A stretch of 51,060 bases of DNA. It comes from Poseidonia sp. Its GTDB lineage: Archaea; Thermoplasmatota; Poseidoniia; Poseidoniales; Poseidoniaceae. How positions within the stretch are numbered: the first letter of the stretch is position 1; the number at the start of each line of letters is the position of its first letter. The stretch is taken from NCBI GenBank assembly GCA_038127845.1, contig JAYPIL010000005.1, forward strand, positions 1 to 51,060. Direction: 5' to 3'. The position numbers were made by a program, and so were the translations under genes. Below the pieces are notes generated by a model. The model did no database searches and was not told the origin of the DNA. It saw nothing but the letters and a program-made list of their open reading frames with translations. Shown here in pieces: positions 29,439 through 40,238 of the stretch.

Positions 29439-30161
29439 ATGCAACCAAGCGGACGAGGATACGATCACGGTATCACCACATTCAGCCCAGACGGACGACT
29501 GTTCCAAGTAGAATATGCACGCGAATCGGTGAAGCGGGGGACCACCACTGCCGGCCTGAAATTCAAGGATGGCGTTGTTCTCGTGTGTGACAAGCGAATC
29601 ATCAGCCGCCTTATCATCCCAGAATCCATTGAAAAGATGTTCAAGATTGACGGCCACATCGGCATTGCCACCTCAGGGCTTGTCGCTGATGCACGGCAAC
29701 TCGTTGCCCGTGCCCGTGTCGAGGCTCAAATCAACCGCATCACCTACGGTGCCACCGTTCCTGTGGATGTCATGGTCAAGAAAATTTGCGACTTCAAGCA
29801 GTCGTTCACCCAATACGGTGGTTCTCGCCCCTTCGGCACCGCTCTGCTTATCGGAGGTGTTGACGACAACGGCATCCATCTCTACGAGACGGACCCGTCT
29901 GGCGCCTACCAGTCCTATCACGCAGGTGCTATCGGAAGTGGCCGAAACACCGTCATTGAATTCTTTGAGGACAACTGGAAAGAAAACATGACGCTCAACG
30001 CCGCCATGAAGCTCGGCCTCGAAGCCCTTCGAACGGCCAACGATGCTGAACTCAATCGAGATGCTGTTGAGGTCACGGTTGTTGACAGCAACGGCTACCG
30101 CGTTCTTGACCGAGCAGAGGTCAACAAGCAAATCGACCGTCTCAAGCCTCTCGAAGACTGA
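29439..30161 (+). CDS. psmA: Proteasome alpha subunit
   Basis: GYDHGITTFSPDGRLFQVEYA, SGLVADAR, TQYGGSRPFG, ETDPSG. Confidence 0.98.
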   Translation: MQPSGRGYDHGITTFSPDGRLFQVEYARESVKRGTTTAGLKFKDGVVLVCDKRIISRLIIPESIEKMFKIDGHIGIATSGLVADARQLVARARVEAQINRITYGATVPVDVMVKKICDFKQSFTQYGGSRPFGTALLIGGVDDNGIHLYETDPSGAYQSYHAGAIGSGRNTVIEFFEDNWKENMTLNAAMKLGLEALRTANDAELNRDAVEVTVVDSNGYRVLDRAEVNKQIDRLKPLED

Positions 30162-30209
30162 GATACGTTGAAACACCTGCCCGCCTCTGGACAACTGTGG
30201 TGAGCGTGA

Positions 30210-30896
30210 ATGGTGAGTCTTGACGATGCTGTGCTCGCCCGACTTGAAAAGGGTGGGAAACGATACGAGGTTCTTGTTGACCCCACGTTGGTTGAGGCCT
30301 TCAAAGAGGACCCCTCAAGCGTTGACATCAACGATTTTCTTGCGATGGACGAAGTCTTTCACGACGCGAGAGGTGGGGAGCGACCAACAGCAGAGGCCAT
30401 TGAAAACACCTTCTCGACGCAAGACATCACGGCCATTACCGTCATGATTCTCGAGAAAGGTTCCATTCAACTTACCACTGCTCAGCGTAAAGCGATGGTG
30501 GAAACCATGCGGCAACAAATCGTCCATCACATCCATTCTCAGGCCGTTGACCCGAAGACCAAATCTCCTCATCCGAAGACGCGATTGGAGTTGGCACTTG
30601 AGGAATCCCGATATTCGGTTGATCCGTTCAAGCGTCTCGAAGACCAAGTCAAGGACGCCATTGCCAAACTGAAACCTTTGATTCCCCTTTCGTTTGAGAC
30701 CGTCCGTTTGGCGTTCAAGGTTCCGGGTTCTGCCTACGGTGCGGTCAGCCAATTCCTTCGTGCCTACCAGCAAAAAGAAGGCTGGCTTGAAGACGGTTCA
30801 TGGGCCGTGGTCATTGAATGTCCTGCGGGTATGAAGGGCGATTTAATCGGCCAAGTGATGCGCCGAAGCTCCGACGCTGAAGTCAAAGAGTTGTGA
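30210..30896 (+). CDS. Ribosome maturation protein SBDS/Sdo1
   Basis: MVSLDDAVLARL...YEVLVDP, KGSIQLT..QRK, DPKT..PHP; canonical position after psmA. Confidence 0.95.
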   Translation: MVSLDDAVLARLEKGGKRYEVLVDPTLVEAFKEDPSSVDINDFLAMDEVFHDARGGERPTAEAIENTFSTQDITAITVMILEKGSIQLTTAQRKAMVETMRQQIVHHIHSQAVDPKTKSPHPKTRLELALEESRYSVDPFKRLEDQVKDAIAKLKPLIPLSFETVRLAFKVPGSAYGAVSQFLRAYQQKEGWLEDGSWAVVIECPAGMKGDLIGQVMRRSSDAEVKEL

Positions 30897-30967
30897 TGGC
30901 AAAAGGGCTTGGCCGAAGGGTGGCCTTTATCATGGGTTGGCGGTTCGCCGCAACTGGAGAGAAAAGA

Positions 30968-31657
30968 ATGTCCCAAGGTCAAATCGGCGCCGAGCAGCGC
31001 CTCGTGACCCCGGGAATGGCCGTTGGGCCATCCGCCGGGAAGCGTGCAGGTAGCGGAATTATCGCTGCAGATGATGCACTTATCGCCACCCAGTTGGGTT
31101 GGCTCAAAGAATTCAACAACACCGTGTCGATTGATCCAATCAATGCGGCGTACATGCCTCGGTCAGGTGACCTCGTGGTCGCCATTGTCGCAGTGGTTCG
31201 AAACAACCTTTGGTTCATGAACATCAACGGGTCATTCCAAGGTTTGCTACCGATGTCACTCGCTCCTTGGAAAGTCGAATTCGGGGCGGCTCGTCAACAC
31301 ATGGACATCGGTGATGTTGTCCTGGCCCGAGTCCAAGAAGTCGACGAATGCCACAATGTCGTCCTCACCATGAAGGGTGTCGGTCTCCGACGTTTGAACC
31401 AAGGTGTTGTTGAACAAGTTCCCGTCCAACACATTGACCGTATTCGTGGAACCAACAACGAGCGCCTTCAGCGTCTCCGTGACCTCTGCGACAGCCGAAT
31501 TATGGTCGGAGAAAACGGTCGAGTTTGGGTCGACGGCTCTTCAAACGGCATTCGATGGGCCCGGGAAGCGATTCAGGCAATCTCACAACGGGGTCACAAC
31601 GGTGACATTGATGAAATTCTCAACGATTTGGAAAACAAAATGAAAGGTGATGCATGA
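30968..31657 (+). CDS. rrp4: Exosome cap subunit Rrp4
   Basis: [15 protein letters not shown]1 domain, [11 protein letters not shown] domain; operon context. Confidence 0.92.
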   Translation: MSQGQIGAEQRLVTPGMAVGPSAGKRAGSGIIAADDALIATQLGWLKEFNNTVSIDPINAAYMPRSGDLVVAIVAVVRNNLWFMNINGSFQGLLPMSLAPWKVEFGAARQHMDIGDVVLARVQEVDECHNVVLTMKGVGLRRLNQGVVEQVPVQHIDRIRGTNNERLQRLRDLCDSRIMVGENGRVWVDGSSNGIRWAREAIQAISQRGHNGDIDEILNDLENKMKGDA

Positions 31658-32385
31658 TGGGTGGATACGGAGACGTACAATTGCTACGAGACGACGGCCT
31701 ACGTTTGGATGGTCGGAAAATAGATGAGATGCGCCCGGTGACAATCGAAGCCGGAATTCTGCCTGCCGCAGATGGCTCTGCAAAGGTGACCCACGGTCTG
31801 AACGTTGCTGTTGCAGCCGTGTACGGCCCGATGGAAGCTCACCCGCGCAAAATACAGCGCCAAGACCGAGCGGTGATCGATGTTCGATACAACATGGCGC
31901 CTTTCTCAACCTCAGACCGTATCCGGCCAGGTTTCAACCGACGCTCACGAGAGATTTCCAAAGTGACGGCAGAAGCCCTTGAATCGGTGGTGCTCGTTGA
32001 GCGCTATCCCCGTTCCAAGATCCGTGTCGAAATCGAGATTCTCGCTGCTGAAGCCGGTACCCGTTGTGCAGGAATCACGGCAGCTGCTGTCGCACTCGCC
32101 GATGCAGGCATCCCCATGCGAGACCTCATCGTTGGCGTCGCTTCAGGTAAAGTGGAAGACACTGTTGTCCTCGACCTCGACAAGGCTGAAGACAATTATG
32201 GGCAGGCCGATTTGCCTGTCGGAATTCTTCCCAACACGGGCGAAATTGCTTTCCTTCAAATGGACGGCGACCTCTCTCCGGAAGAGTTCAATCTTGCTAT
32301 GGAATACAACTTCAAGGCGGCGAAGGAAATCCACGAAATCATGGTTGAAGCCCTTCAACAGCGGTATCAAGGAGGTGAGGCCTGA
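31654..32385 (+). CDS. rrp41: Exosome catalytic subunit Rrp41
   Basis: [51 protein letters not shown]. Confidence 0.97.
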   Translation: MMGGYGDVQLLRDDGLRLDGRKIDEMRPVTIEAGILPAADGSAKVTHGLNVAVAAVYGPMEAHPRKIQRQDRAVIDVRYNMAPFSTSDRIRPGFNRRSREISKVTAEALESVVLVERYPRSKIRVEIEILAAEAGTRCAGITAAAVALADAGIPMRDLIVGVASGKVEDTVVLDLDKAEDNYGQADLPVGILPNTGEIAFLQMDGDLSPEEFNLAMEYNFKAAKEIHEIMVEALQQRYQGGEA

Positions 32386-33170
32386 TGGTTGAACTCGTTC
32401 CTGCCTTGCTTCGTCAAGAACTCGCTCGTCTCGCAGAGGACGGGGCGCGCATGGATGGACGGGGCCAATGGGAGCCACGTGACGTGACTCTTGAGACCGA
32501 TTGCCTCTACAACGCAGAAGGCTCTGCAAAGGTTGTCATCGGTGGAACGGTCGTCTACGCTGGTGTGAAATTTGAACTTCGTACGCCTTGGCCTGACAGA
32601 CCTACACAGGGCTCGCTCATGTGCGGTGCTGAACTACGACCCGTAGCTGGCCGAAAATACGAACCTGGCCCACCATCACCTGAGTCCATTGAACTTGGAC
32701 GCGTGGTTGACCGAGGTATTCGAGAGTCTGGTTGCATTGACATGGAAAGCCTGTGCATCGTTCCCGGCGAGAAAGTCTGGGGCGTGATGATCGACATTCA
32801 CGTGCTTTCCGACCAAGGCAACATCTTCGATGCCTGTGGACTTGCTGCCATCGCTGCTTTGCGAACCGCTGTTGTTCCAGCAGAGCGATTTGACGTGGGT
32901 GAAGACCACCGGTTGCAGGTGAACGGCACCCCCATTATGGCGTCCTTTACACGTGTGGGTGGTCGCTTTGTTCTCGATGCTTCAGAGGAAGAAGAATTGG
33001 GTGGCGACGAACGAATCCACATCACGTTGGGTGACGAAGGACATGTTCACTCGCTACAGAAGGGGCTAAAAGGAGTGTTCACTCCCGCCGAATTTGCCGA
33101 GATCTTTGAAGTGGCACAGCAACGATGTGTTGAACTACGAAAACTCGTCAGCGAACAGGAGGGGAACTGA
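32385..33170 (+). CDS. rrp42: Exosome subunit Rrp42
   Basis: RMDGR, AEGSA.V, EPGPP...IELGRVVDRGIRES, GNIFDAC; GGAGGTGA RBS. Confidence 0.95.
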   Translation: MVELVPALLRQELARLAEDGARMDGRGQWEPRDVTLETDCLYNAEGSAKVVIGGTVVYAGVKFELRTPWPDRPTQGSLMCGAELRPVAGRKYEPGPPSPESIELGRVVDRGIRESGCIDMESLCIVPGEKVWGVMIDIHVLSDQGNIFDACGLAAIAALRTAVVPAERFDVGEDHRLQVNGTPIMASFTRVGGRFVLDASEEEELGGDERIHITLGDEGHVHSLQKGLKGVFTPAEFAEIFEVAQQRCVELRKLVSEQEGN

Positions 33171-33563
33171 TTGGCAAAGCGAACTCAGAAAGCAGGAGCA
33201 ACAGCACGGTTTGGAGCACGGTATGGTGTGTCCGTCCGTCGAAACGCAGGCGCCGCCATGGCCAAGCGTTCACGCAAATACACCTGTCCTGTCTGTCAAT
33301 ACCCGAAGGTTGAGCGCACCTCTGTCGGCATTTGGTCCTGCAAAAAGTGCGATCACACGTTCGCAGGCGGGGCCTGGGAGCCTTTCACCCGTGCATCCGA
33401 TGCCAACAACCGTATTCTCCGCCGCTCTGTAGAAGGAGCCACCACAGCCGACATGGCCTTCATCGCTCAAGAAGCAGCCATGAATTACGAGCGTGAATTG
33501 GCAAACCGCCCCTCCCTTGAGGAGGAAGAAACGGCTGCTGAAGCCGCTGGCGAAGAAGAGTGA
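33171..33563 (+). CDS. rpl37ae: 50S ribosomal protein L37Ae (eL43) with acidic C-terminal extension
   Basis: RFGARYG..VR, CPVC...GIWSCKKC...AGGAW; TTG start directly after the rrp42 stop. Confidence 0.93.
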   Translation: MAKRTQKAGATARFGARYGVSVRRNAGAAMAKRSRKYTCPVCQYPKVERTSVGIWSCKKCDHTFAGGAWEPFTRASDANNRILRRSVEGATTADMAFIAQEAAMNYERELANRPSLEEEETAAEAAGEEE

Positions 33564-33578
33564 CGGCGGGTTGGCCGT

Positions 33579-33803
33579 ATGTGGCATCTCAACCTCCGCA
33601 TTCAATCCATCTCGGATGACGATACCAAAGCGTTAGCAGCATGCTTGGCGACGGATTGCGAAACCACGTGGCATGGACACGCTGCTTTTACGATTCAACT
33701 TGATGAAGCCCATTGCAAAGATTTGCGGGCGATGTGGAACACACGCATGAGGGGGCTTATCGCCACCAACAACGTCTTGGAAATTTTCCGAAAGGATTCT
33801 TGA
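33579..33803 (+). CDS. pcc1: KEOPS subunit Pcc1-like protein
   Basis: 74 aa; DLRAMWNTRMR resembles the Pcc1 LRAxxNSxLR motif; canonical slot before pfdB. Confidence 0.6.
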   Translation: MWHLNLRIQSISDDDTKALAACLATDCETTWHGHAAFTIQLDEAHCKDLRAMWNTRMRGLIATNNVLEIFRKDS

Positions 33804-33835
33804 ACCACCACCTCTCCCTCAAATTCGGTGAGCCC

Positions 33836-34147
33836 ATGGAAAACCTCGACCAACTCCAACTTGTCGTCGCAGAAGTTCAAGCAGCACGTCAACAAGTCAG
33901 CAGCGTTCGGGCACAGGTGCAGGAACTCGAAGGCACCATTGCAGCCGTTCAATCGCAGCCAGAAGGACTGTCCCTCCACCGTCAACTCGGTGGCGTGTTG
34001 ATCGAAGTGGCGGACCGTGAAGCCCTCTTGGCAGAACTGAACGAAACGCTGGTGTCGTTGAAAGGGCATCTCGAACGCTTCACAGAGCGTGAAAAACAGC
34101 TGATTCAAACCTATGATGAATTGAAGCAATCCCTCCAAGGTGCTTGA
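33836..34147 (+). CDS. pfdB: Prefoldin beta subunit
   Basis: Coiled coil, HRQLGGVLIEV hairpin, coiled coil; operon context. Start MENLDQ. Confidence 0.9.
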   Translation: MENLDQLQLVVAEVQAARQQVSSVRAQVQELEGTIAAVQSQPEGLSLHRQLGGVLIEVADREALLAELNETLVSLKGHLERFTEREKQLIQTYDELKQSLQGA

Positions 34148-34149
34148 GG

Positions 34150-35160
34150 ATGGACCAGTCCAGCGCCGTCATGGAAGCGGAACTGACCCAATTCCACGAT
34201 TGGCTTACCGCTGCCGTCTCCAAAGGGCCCGTCGCTGTGGTGACGGGAAAAAACGGAGACATGGACACGGTAGGTTCAGCCGTAGCCCTCGCAGCGGCAC
34301 ACCCCAACATGATGGCTTGTGGGCTCCACCTCGGGCGTTTGGCCCGACGGATGGTTGAACACCACCACGCTCCATTTCGCCAACTGAAGGCCCAGAAAAC
34401 AGCATGGCCGTCCACACTCAGTGCGGTGGTCGTGGTAGATGCTGCGGCGCCAGATCAGGTTGGCATCGATTTGCCTGCAGTACCCCGGTGCGTGATCGAT
34501 CATCACGCCACCGATGCTTGGTCGCTCAACGATGAAGATTTTTCACTCAAATGGGATGTTCGTTCGACCACCGAAGTGGTCGCTCACTACCTTCGAAACC
34601 ACGCAAAACAGTCCATGTCTCCAGCCGTTTGTGAATTTCTTCTTGCAGGTTTGCTGACCGATACGGGTCGATTTCGTCATGCGGATGCTTCCTCCTTTGC
34701 GAGCGCTGCCATGTTGATTGAACAAGGGGGTATTGACTACCAGGCTTTTGTTCAGCGAATCGAAGAGAATGCCCCCTCGCCCAGCGAACGAGGTGCCTTG
34801 TTGAGGGGTCTTCAACGTGCAGAAACCACCGAGGCAGGGCCTTGGACCGTATTGCGTACCTCGGCAGGGACCCTCGAAGGTCGCGTTGCATCGCTTCTTA
34901 ACGGACTTGGTGCCGATGCCGTCATCGTGACCCGTCATCGAAACGGAGAGACACGCCTCACGGTGCGGGCTCCGAGGTCAAGCGTTCTTGGAGGCCTCCA
35001 CATGGGTGAGCTCATGCAGCAACTTTGCGAGACCTTGGGTGGAGAAGGCGGTGGTCATGACGGTGCTGCAGGTTGGACAGGACATGCCGACCCCATCGCT
35101 GCAGAAACAGCGTTTCTTGACGCCGTTGCTCGCACCCCAAAACTGGAGGGTTCCACATGA
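34150..35160 (+). CDS. DHH/DHHA1 phosphoesterase
   Basis: NGDMDTVGSA, VVVD, IDHH, GLLTDTGRF, GGGH..AAG. Confidence 0.92.
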   Translation: MDQSSAVMEAELTQFHDWLTAAVSKGPVAVVTGKNGDMDTVGSAVALAAAHPNMMACGLHLGRLARRMVEHHHAPFRQLKAQKTAWPSTLSAVVVVDAAAPDQVGIDLPAVPRCVIDHHATDAWSLNDEDFSLKWDVRSTTEVVAHYLRNHAKQSMSPAVCEFLLAGLLTDTGRFRHADASSFASAAMLIEQGGIDYQAFVQRIEENAPSPSERGALLRGLQRAETTEAGPWTVLRTSAGTLEGRVASLLNGLGADAVIVTRHRNGETRLTVRAPRSSVLGGLHMGELMQQLCETLGGEGGGHDGAAGWTGHADPIAAETAFLDAVARTPKLEGST

Positions 35161-36227
35161 CGACCATCGAGCCGCCCCAAGGGCCGGGTGTGTTTGTCTC
35201 AAAATGGCGAGAAGAGGGGCCCGTCTCCAGCGATGTTTTGGCCGAATGGAAGGAATCCATGGATTGCCCGTCGTGGCTTCCACTCGCCGAAGCTGCACTG
35301 TTTTTGGATGCGCCCGAATTGCTCGATGCAATGGACATCCATCTGACTGAGGCTGAGCGTGCTGTCCTTGGACTTGTACGGCGACGTTGGCTTGGCGATA
35401 CCCATCTCGGAGAGGCCATTGAACAGGCACTGAATGTGGTACGGGCTCCGGATACCCGAGACCTTGCCTTGGAAGGCCGTTTGCGAATGGAACGCGGTTT
35501 GGCTCGTTTCGAGGCTGGTGATTTGGCAGGAGCCGAAGACGATTTGACGTGGGCAGAGACGCGGTTGAAATCCGTTGCGAAGGCCAGTCGTGACCACGAC
35601 CTCGCACTGCTCAACAAAGCCGCCTATCATCTCGCCCAAGGAGAGGCATTGATGGCACTGCAGGTCTACGGAGATATTTCACGAAAAGGCGGTCATGCCC
35701 ACGAAACCATCGCCATTTCACGGCTTGGTGCCAGTCGAATTCGTCATGCGTTAGGTCACGATTTTGATGCATGCCGCCATGCTTGGAATGCACACAAGCA
35801 TGCGATTTTGGCCGTTCAAATTCAAATGGCGATTGAAGCAGGTTCCCTCTTTCTTGACCTCGCTTGTGATCATCAATCACCTTCTGCCGAGCCGATGCAT
35901 CAACAGGTCGAAACCGCTAAACCACTTGATTTGAATGAGGAGCGACCCGTTCTTGCCGTTCACCCGGATGACATCCAAGGCGTGTTCAACTGGTGCATGG
36001 ACCATCTTGGAAACGGATTTTCGGGACAGGAACGCCCCGATGTACGGGCGATGCTCACGTTGGCACATCGAATGGGGTGCATGGATCGGTTTGAGGCGCT
36101 GATGAACCATCCAGAACAGGTTGACGACCCGATGCTCGCAGCGGTTGCTCAAGCCTGTGCTTCCTCTGAGGAGGATACGGCTGCATGGGGTTTGCGTTTG
36201 GCTGAACTGACCGCTCTTTCCTCATGA
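35157..36227 (+). CDS. Helical (TPR-like) hypothetical protein
   Basis: 356-aa Ala/Leu-rich helical repeats; ATGA overlap with the DHH gene. Confidence 0.7.
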   Translation: MTTIEPPQGPGVFVSKWREEGPVSSDVLAEWKESMDCPSWLPLAEAALFLDAPELLDAMDIHLTEAERAVLGLVRRRWLGDTHLGEAIEQALNVVRAPDTRDLALEGRLRMERGLARFEAGDLAGAEDDLTWAETRLKSVAKASRDHDLALLNKAAYHLAQGEALMALQVYGDISRKGGHAHETIAISRLGASRIRHALGHDFDACRHAWNAHKHAILAVQIQMAIEAGSLFLDLACDHQSPSAEPMHQQVETAKPLDLNEERPVLAVHPDDIQGVFNWCMDHLGNGFSGQERPDVRAMLTLAHRMGCMDRFEALMNHPEQVDDPMLAAVAQACASSEEDTAAWGLRLAELTALSS

Positions 36228-36620
36228 TAAGAAAAACAAGGAGAGGTCTTCGAATTCTTCTCTCGTCCACGCAATGACCGGTGGCACCTGATTCCACCAC
36301 CGAACTGATGTGACCTTTTCATCGGCGACATCCCATGTATTGGTCGTTGAGGGCTCAACAACAACATGCCCCACCCATCCCTTCGGATAGTAGGTCGTGT
36401 TCCACCGTAGGAGTTTTCCTTCCAACCCCGTTTCCTCTTTGAGTTCTCGAGCAAGTGCCTCTTCCGGAGTTTCACCTTCCTCCAAATGCCCACCAGGAAT
36501 TTCCCATCCCCGTTCTGGGTGTTCGACGAACAGCACCTGCCCGCCCTCTCCCATGGGCGTCGGGTCATCACCCGTTTGGGTGACCCAAGCAAGCACAAAC
36601 ACCGGAGCAGTCGTGCTCAT
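36222..36620 (-). CDS. NUDIX hydrolase
   Basis: [28 protein letters not shown] Nudix box; ATGA overlap with the upstream gene gives start 36620. Confidence 0.92.
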   Translation of the reverse strand: MSTTAPVFVLAWVTQTGDDPTPMGEGGQVLFVEHPERGWEIPGGHLEEGETPEEALARELKEETGLEGKLLRWNTTYYPKGWVGHVVVEPSTTNTWDVADEKVTSVRWWNQVPPVIAWTREEFEDLSLFFLS

Positions 36621-37633
36621 GAGGATGCCTTCCATTCCGTTTGAATCCGGTCAAGCCACTCCTGCGCCCACTCTTCTCCGTTGGCAAGGAGGCGTCTTGC
36701 GAGGAAGAAAGCTGCTTGCAAATCACCTTGCTCAACCATTGAGCGTAACTTTTCCTCATCGGGATGACCCTTCACCACGTCTTGGACTTCTTCGGATGGT
36801 ATGTTCACCTCCACTTCAACGTGGGTTGTGATCCGGTCTGTCAGGGATTGCATGCCCTTGAGGAAGGCCTCTCGATGTTCGATGCTGGGTCCTGACCACG
36901 CCTGTTTCGCCTCTCCGTCCATGTCGCCTTTGAGTCTTGAGAGGAATCGATCACGTTCATCCATGTGGGGACGTAACTGCTGCACTTGGTCATAACACGA
37001 CCAGGCGTGGTCAATTTCTCCTCTTCGTTCGTGAAGACGTCCCAACTCCAGCCAGAGTTCATGGTTCATGGGACGATGGGCGAGCAGGTGCTGAGCCAAC
37101 TCGATGAAGATGTCTTCGTGACCAGCCGAGCGTATTTGTTCAAGGCGTCGCCCAAAAACGATGTTCGCCCGTTGGTCGCGAAAATCCAATCGCCTGCAAC
37201 GTTGAACAAAATCGTTGAGTGAGCCTTGCTCAAGCGATTGCTGAATTTGTTGCCACCACGCCTCAGGCTCAAGAGAATCGTTCGCAAAGGCAGCCTCAAG
37301 CAGCGAGCGACCGTGGCTGATGAAGTCAATTCCCTTGAGTTGGTCAACTTGCTCGGGGTCTCTTCCAAGCACACTGAAAACGTCTTCAAGGACGGCATGC
37401 AGGCCCTCGCCATCGTCGTTGAGGACTTTCAACTCAGCGAGACAGCGCCAGTTGCGTTCGTCGGTGAAATCGTGGAGAAGGGCTTGGCGCGCGTTTTGCT
37501 CAGCCCAAGCAAGGTTCTCCGATGAGCGGGCGGGGTCGTCCTTCGCGAGTTTCGCAAATTTCTGGGCTGTAGAACGGTACCGATTGCCGAGGTTCCTGCG
37601 TGGGTGCTGCAGGAGGTCTTGGCTGTCGGTCAT
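36617..37633 (-). CDS. TPR-containing hypothetical protein
   Basis: [32 protein letters not shown] is a typical TPR repeat; all-helical 338 aa. Confidence 0.75.
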   Translation of the reverse strand: MTDSQDLLQHPRRNLGNRYRSTAQKFAKLAKDDPARSSENLAWAEQNARQALLHDFTDERNWRCLAELKVLNDDGEGLHAVLEDVFSVLGRDPEQVDQLKGIDFISHGRSLLEAAFANDSLEPEAWWQQIQQSLEQGSLNDFVQRCRRLDFRDQRANIVFGRRLEQIRSAGHEDIFIELAQHLLAHRPMNHELWLELGRLHERRGEIDHAWSCYDQVQQLRPHMDERDRFLSRLKGDMDGEAKQAWSGPSIEHREAFLKGMQSLTDRITTHVEVEVNIPSEEVQDVVKGHPDEEKLRSMVEQGDLQAAFFLARRLLANGEEWAQEWLDRIQTEWKASS

Positions 37634-37644
37634 GCTCGCCCACC

Positions 37645-38916
37645 TTACTGCACCGACATGAACCCTTCTTTGTCAACGCCAAAGTCAATGGTTGCATCAT
37701 AGCCAATCTTTGATGTGTTTCCATCGGCGTACCGGGATGGGTCCAACGAACTTCCTTTTTGATTGCTGAGAATGAGGGTGTCTTTGTCGGGTTGCCAACG
37801 GGTCATCATCGCCCACTCCACCCGAACGGGATCGGTGATGTCAATGTCTTGGTCAACGACGGTCACCATCTTCATGCTCTTGTGGCCGTCAAAGGCTGCT
37901 TGAATTGCTTTCATCCCGTCGTCTGCATGCTGTTTGTTGATTTTGAGCACAGCACCAAGCCATCCGCATCCGCCCTCGGTCATGTGGACATCGGTGCACT
38001 CAACGACCTCGTTGACGGCCGCTTTGATGGTCGGCGCCCGCGGAAGTCCCATCAGGGTCTTGTGTTCAGCCTCGCCCGGGATGAGGGCGTGGAAGATAGG
38101 GTCTGTTCGGTGGGACAGGCCATCGACCTCAATGACCGGTTCTTGACGTACATCATCCACCGTGCCGGTGATGTCAACATAGGGTCCCTCGTCATCGTTC
38201 TCAAGCGTGATTCTTCCCCACCAAACATACTCGGCATCAGCAGGAACGTGTACGCCGTTGGGAAGTTCAACCAACTCTAATGGGGTCCCGTACAATTTTT
38301 CATGCAGGGAGGCGGCGATGGTCAACTCATCGATGTTCTCGTTAAACGACATCGCAGCGGCGAGCAAGACCACCGGGTCGGGAGCATTGACGATAGCGAC
38401 GGACACTTCACGCCCTTCCTCTCGGGCGTTCATCACCATGGTGCGCAGGTGCCGAGGGACCAAGCGAACGACGAGATGGTTGGCATCACGCAGAAATTGC
38501 CGGTGAAACGAAACGTTTCGGATACCGTTGTCTTGAGCGATGATGATGCTGGCCGACGAATACCTGCCCCTGTCTTGTGGCCAGTGGTGTGGAATGGGGA
38601 TGGTCCGAAGGTCCACATCCTCTGCGATGTTTTCCAAGCAAGAGGCATGCTTCGCGTCAACGATAACCGGGTCGCCGGGGTGATGCATGGCCCATCCAAG
38701 TGTGTCAATGTAGGCCTCGGGTTCGATCCCGATAGCTGCGCACAAGCGGTCCCTGGTGAGCATGTTGACGGCAGCTCGATGACCAGGGCATTCCGTGATG
38801 TTTTCAAAAACGGTCATGGTGTGTTGACTTGCCTGGGAGTGGTGGAGCATCCCGTGGACAAGGCTGACTGCCTCCTTCTCGAGCATTGCAGCGTCAAGAT
38901 GGTCACGAAAGGCCAT
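37645..38916 (-). CDS. UbiD-family prFMN-dependent decarboxylase (possible anhydromevalonate phosphate decarboxylase)
   Basis: NVSFHR, RLVPRHL, VPADAEYV, EGPYVDITGT, EHKTLMG, VVDQDIDI, GSSLDPS, KIGYDAT. Start set at MAFRDHL. Confidence 0.9.
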   Translation of the reverse strand: MAFRDHLDAAMLEKEAVSLVHGMLHHSQASQHTMTVFENITECPGHRAAVNMLTRDRLCAAIGIEPEAYIDTLGWAMHHPGDPVIVDAKHASCLENIAEDVDLRTIPIPHHWPQDRGRYSSASIIIAQDNGIRNVSFHRQFLRDANHLVVRLVPRHLRTMVMNAREEGREVSVAIVNAPDPVVLLAAAMSFNENIDELTIAASLHEKLYGTPLELVELPNGVHVPADAEYVWWGRITLENDDEGPYVDITGTVDDVRQEPVIEVDGLSHRTDPIFHALIPGEAEHKTLMGLPRAPTIKAAVNEVVECTDVHMTEGGCGWLGAVLKINKQHADDGMKAIQAAFDGHKSMKMVTVVDQDIDITDPVRVEWAMMTRWQPDKDTLILSNQKGSSLDPSRYADGNTSKIGYDATIDFGVDKEGFMSVQ

Positions 38917-39013
38917 GCTGCTTCCACATGGAGGCGTCGCTTGAAGTTGTCCATCAAATCCAGACCAAAACATGAAGTCAAAATCAAATGACGGCGGCGT
39001 GAAATCGCCGATG

Positions 39014-39033
39014 CAAAGGGATTTGATTAAATA
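39014..39033 (+). promoter_or_regulatory. Putative BRE/TATA promoter of rps12-rps7-EF2
   Basis: CAAAGGG...ATTAAATA about 40 nt upstream of rps12, followed by a GAGGTGA RBS. Confidence 0.5.
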
Positions 39034-39074
39034 GGGGCGGCAAGTCGGCGAAATGCTTCAATGAGGTGACCATG

Positions 39075-39503
39075 ATGGGCAGAGGACTCTTCGCAGGTGC
39101 AAAGATGGCAAAGGACCGACAAAAATTCCGTTGGTCAGACCGCCGATACAAGAAGCGCATGCTCAAGTCTCGTGCCAAGCACGACCCGCTTGCGGGGTCC
39201 ACCCAAGCCAAGGGCATTGTTGTCGAAAAGGTCGGTATTGAAGCCAAGCAACCCAACTCTGGCATTCGCAAAGCCGTCAAAATTTCCCTCATCAAAAACG
39301 GAAACAAACTCACCGCTTTCGCCCCCGGCGACGGTGCAATCAACTTCATCGACGAGCACGACGAAGTCATGGTGGAAGGTATCGGTGGACGCATGGGTCG
39401 TTCATACGGTGACATCCCCGGTGTTCGTTACAAAGTAATCCAAGTCAACGGCGTGTCCCTTGACGAAATGGTTCGAGGCCGAAAGGAGAAGCCCGTCCGC
39501 TGA
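39075..39503 (+). CDS. rps12: 30S ribosomal protein S12 (uS12)
   Basis: [23 protein letters not shown]...[18 protein letters not shown]. Start 39072 or 39075. Confidence 0.98.
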   Translation: MGRGLFAGAKMAKDRQKFRWSDRRYKKRMLKSRAKHDPLAGSTQAKGIVVEKVGIEAKQPNSGIRKAVKISLIKNGNKLTAFAPGDGAINFIDEHDEVMVEGIGGRMGRSYGDIPGVRYKVIQVNGVSLDEMVRGRKEKPVR

Positions 39504-39513
39504 GGTGTTCAAG

Positions 39514-40125
39514 ATGAGCGACGAAGAATCCCCTGTTGTTGAAGTCAAGCCTATCGCTGGTATTGGGACCAAAGTTTTCGGAAAGTGGGATGCTTCCGAA
39601 GTCACGTGCCGAGACCCCGGCCTCGCACCGTACATCAACCTCACAACCGTTGGTGTTCCTCACACCGGCGGCCGACACGCCAACTCCTGGTTCGGAAAGT
39701 CCAAACTTTCCGTCGTTGAACGCTACATCAACAAACTCATGCGAACCGGTTCGTATACCGGTAAGAAAATGGGAGCCATGAAAGCCTTTGAAGGCGCTCT
39801 TGACAAGATTGCTGACCGAACCGGCAACAACCCACTCCAGGTGTTCGTCGACGCCATTTGTTCAGCTGCTCCTATGGAAGAAATCACCCGAATCAAGTTC
39901 GGTGCAGTCTCCCAACCAAAGGCAGTCGATTCATCGCCATCTCGCCGACTGGATGTCGCACTCGCCAACCTCGCACGCGGCGCCCAGCAAGGCACACACA
40001 AGTCGAAGCGCACGCTCGAGAACTGCATCATCAACGAATTAACCAAGGCCAGTGAAGGTGACGTCACCTCCTACGCCGTGAGCAAGAAAGAAGAGCTTGA
40101 GCGCATCGCTGCCTCTGCTCGCTGA
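39514..40125 (+). CDS. rps7: 30S ribosomal protein S7 (uS7)
   Basis: KVFGKW, PHTGGRH, NPLQV, AVDSSPSRRLD, KKEELERIAASAR; GAGGTG RBS. Confidence 0.97.
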   Translation: MSDEESPVVEVKPIAGIGTKVFGKWDASEVTCRDPGLAPYINLTTVGVPHTGGRHANSWFGKSKLSVVERYINKLMRTGSYTGKKMGAMKAFEGALDKIADRTGNNPLQVFVDAICSAAPMEEITRIKFGAVSQPKAVDSSPSRRLDVALANLARGAQQGTHKSKRTLENCIINELTKASEGDVTSYAVSKKEELERIAASAR

Positions 40126-40238
40126 GCCAGCCGAACCTGCTGGTTCGTCGCTCTGCTGACGCTTTTGCGCATGCTTGTTGCGAGTCACTTAATTACCCCT
40201 TTTCAGTGGGCCGAATCAACGAGAACACGGTGGTAACC

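Noticed and set aside
38995-39010. Small hairpin CGGCG-TGAAAT-CGCCG between the UbiD gene and rps12
   Set aside because: A 5-bp stem is expected by chance in GC-rich DNA; insufficient evidence for an ncRNA.
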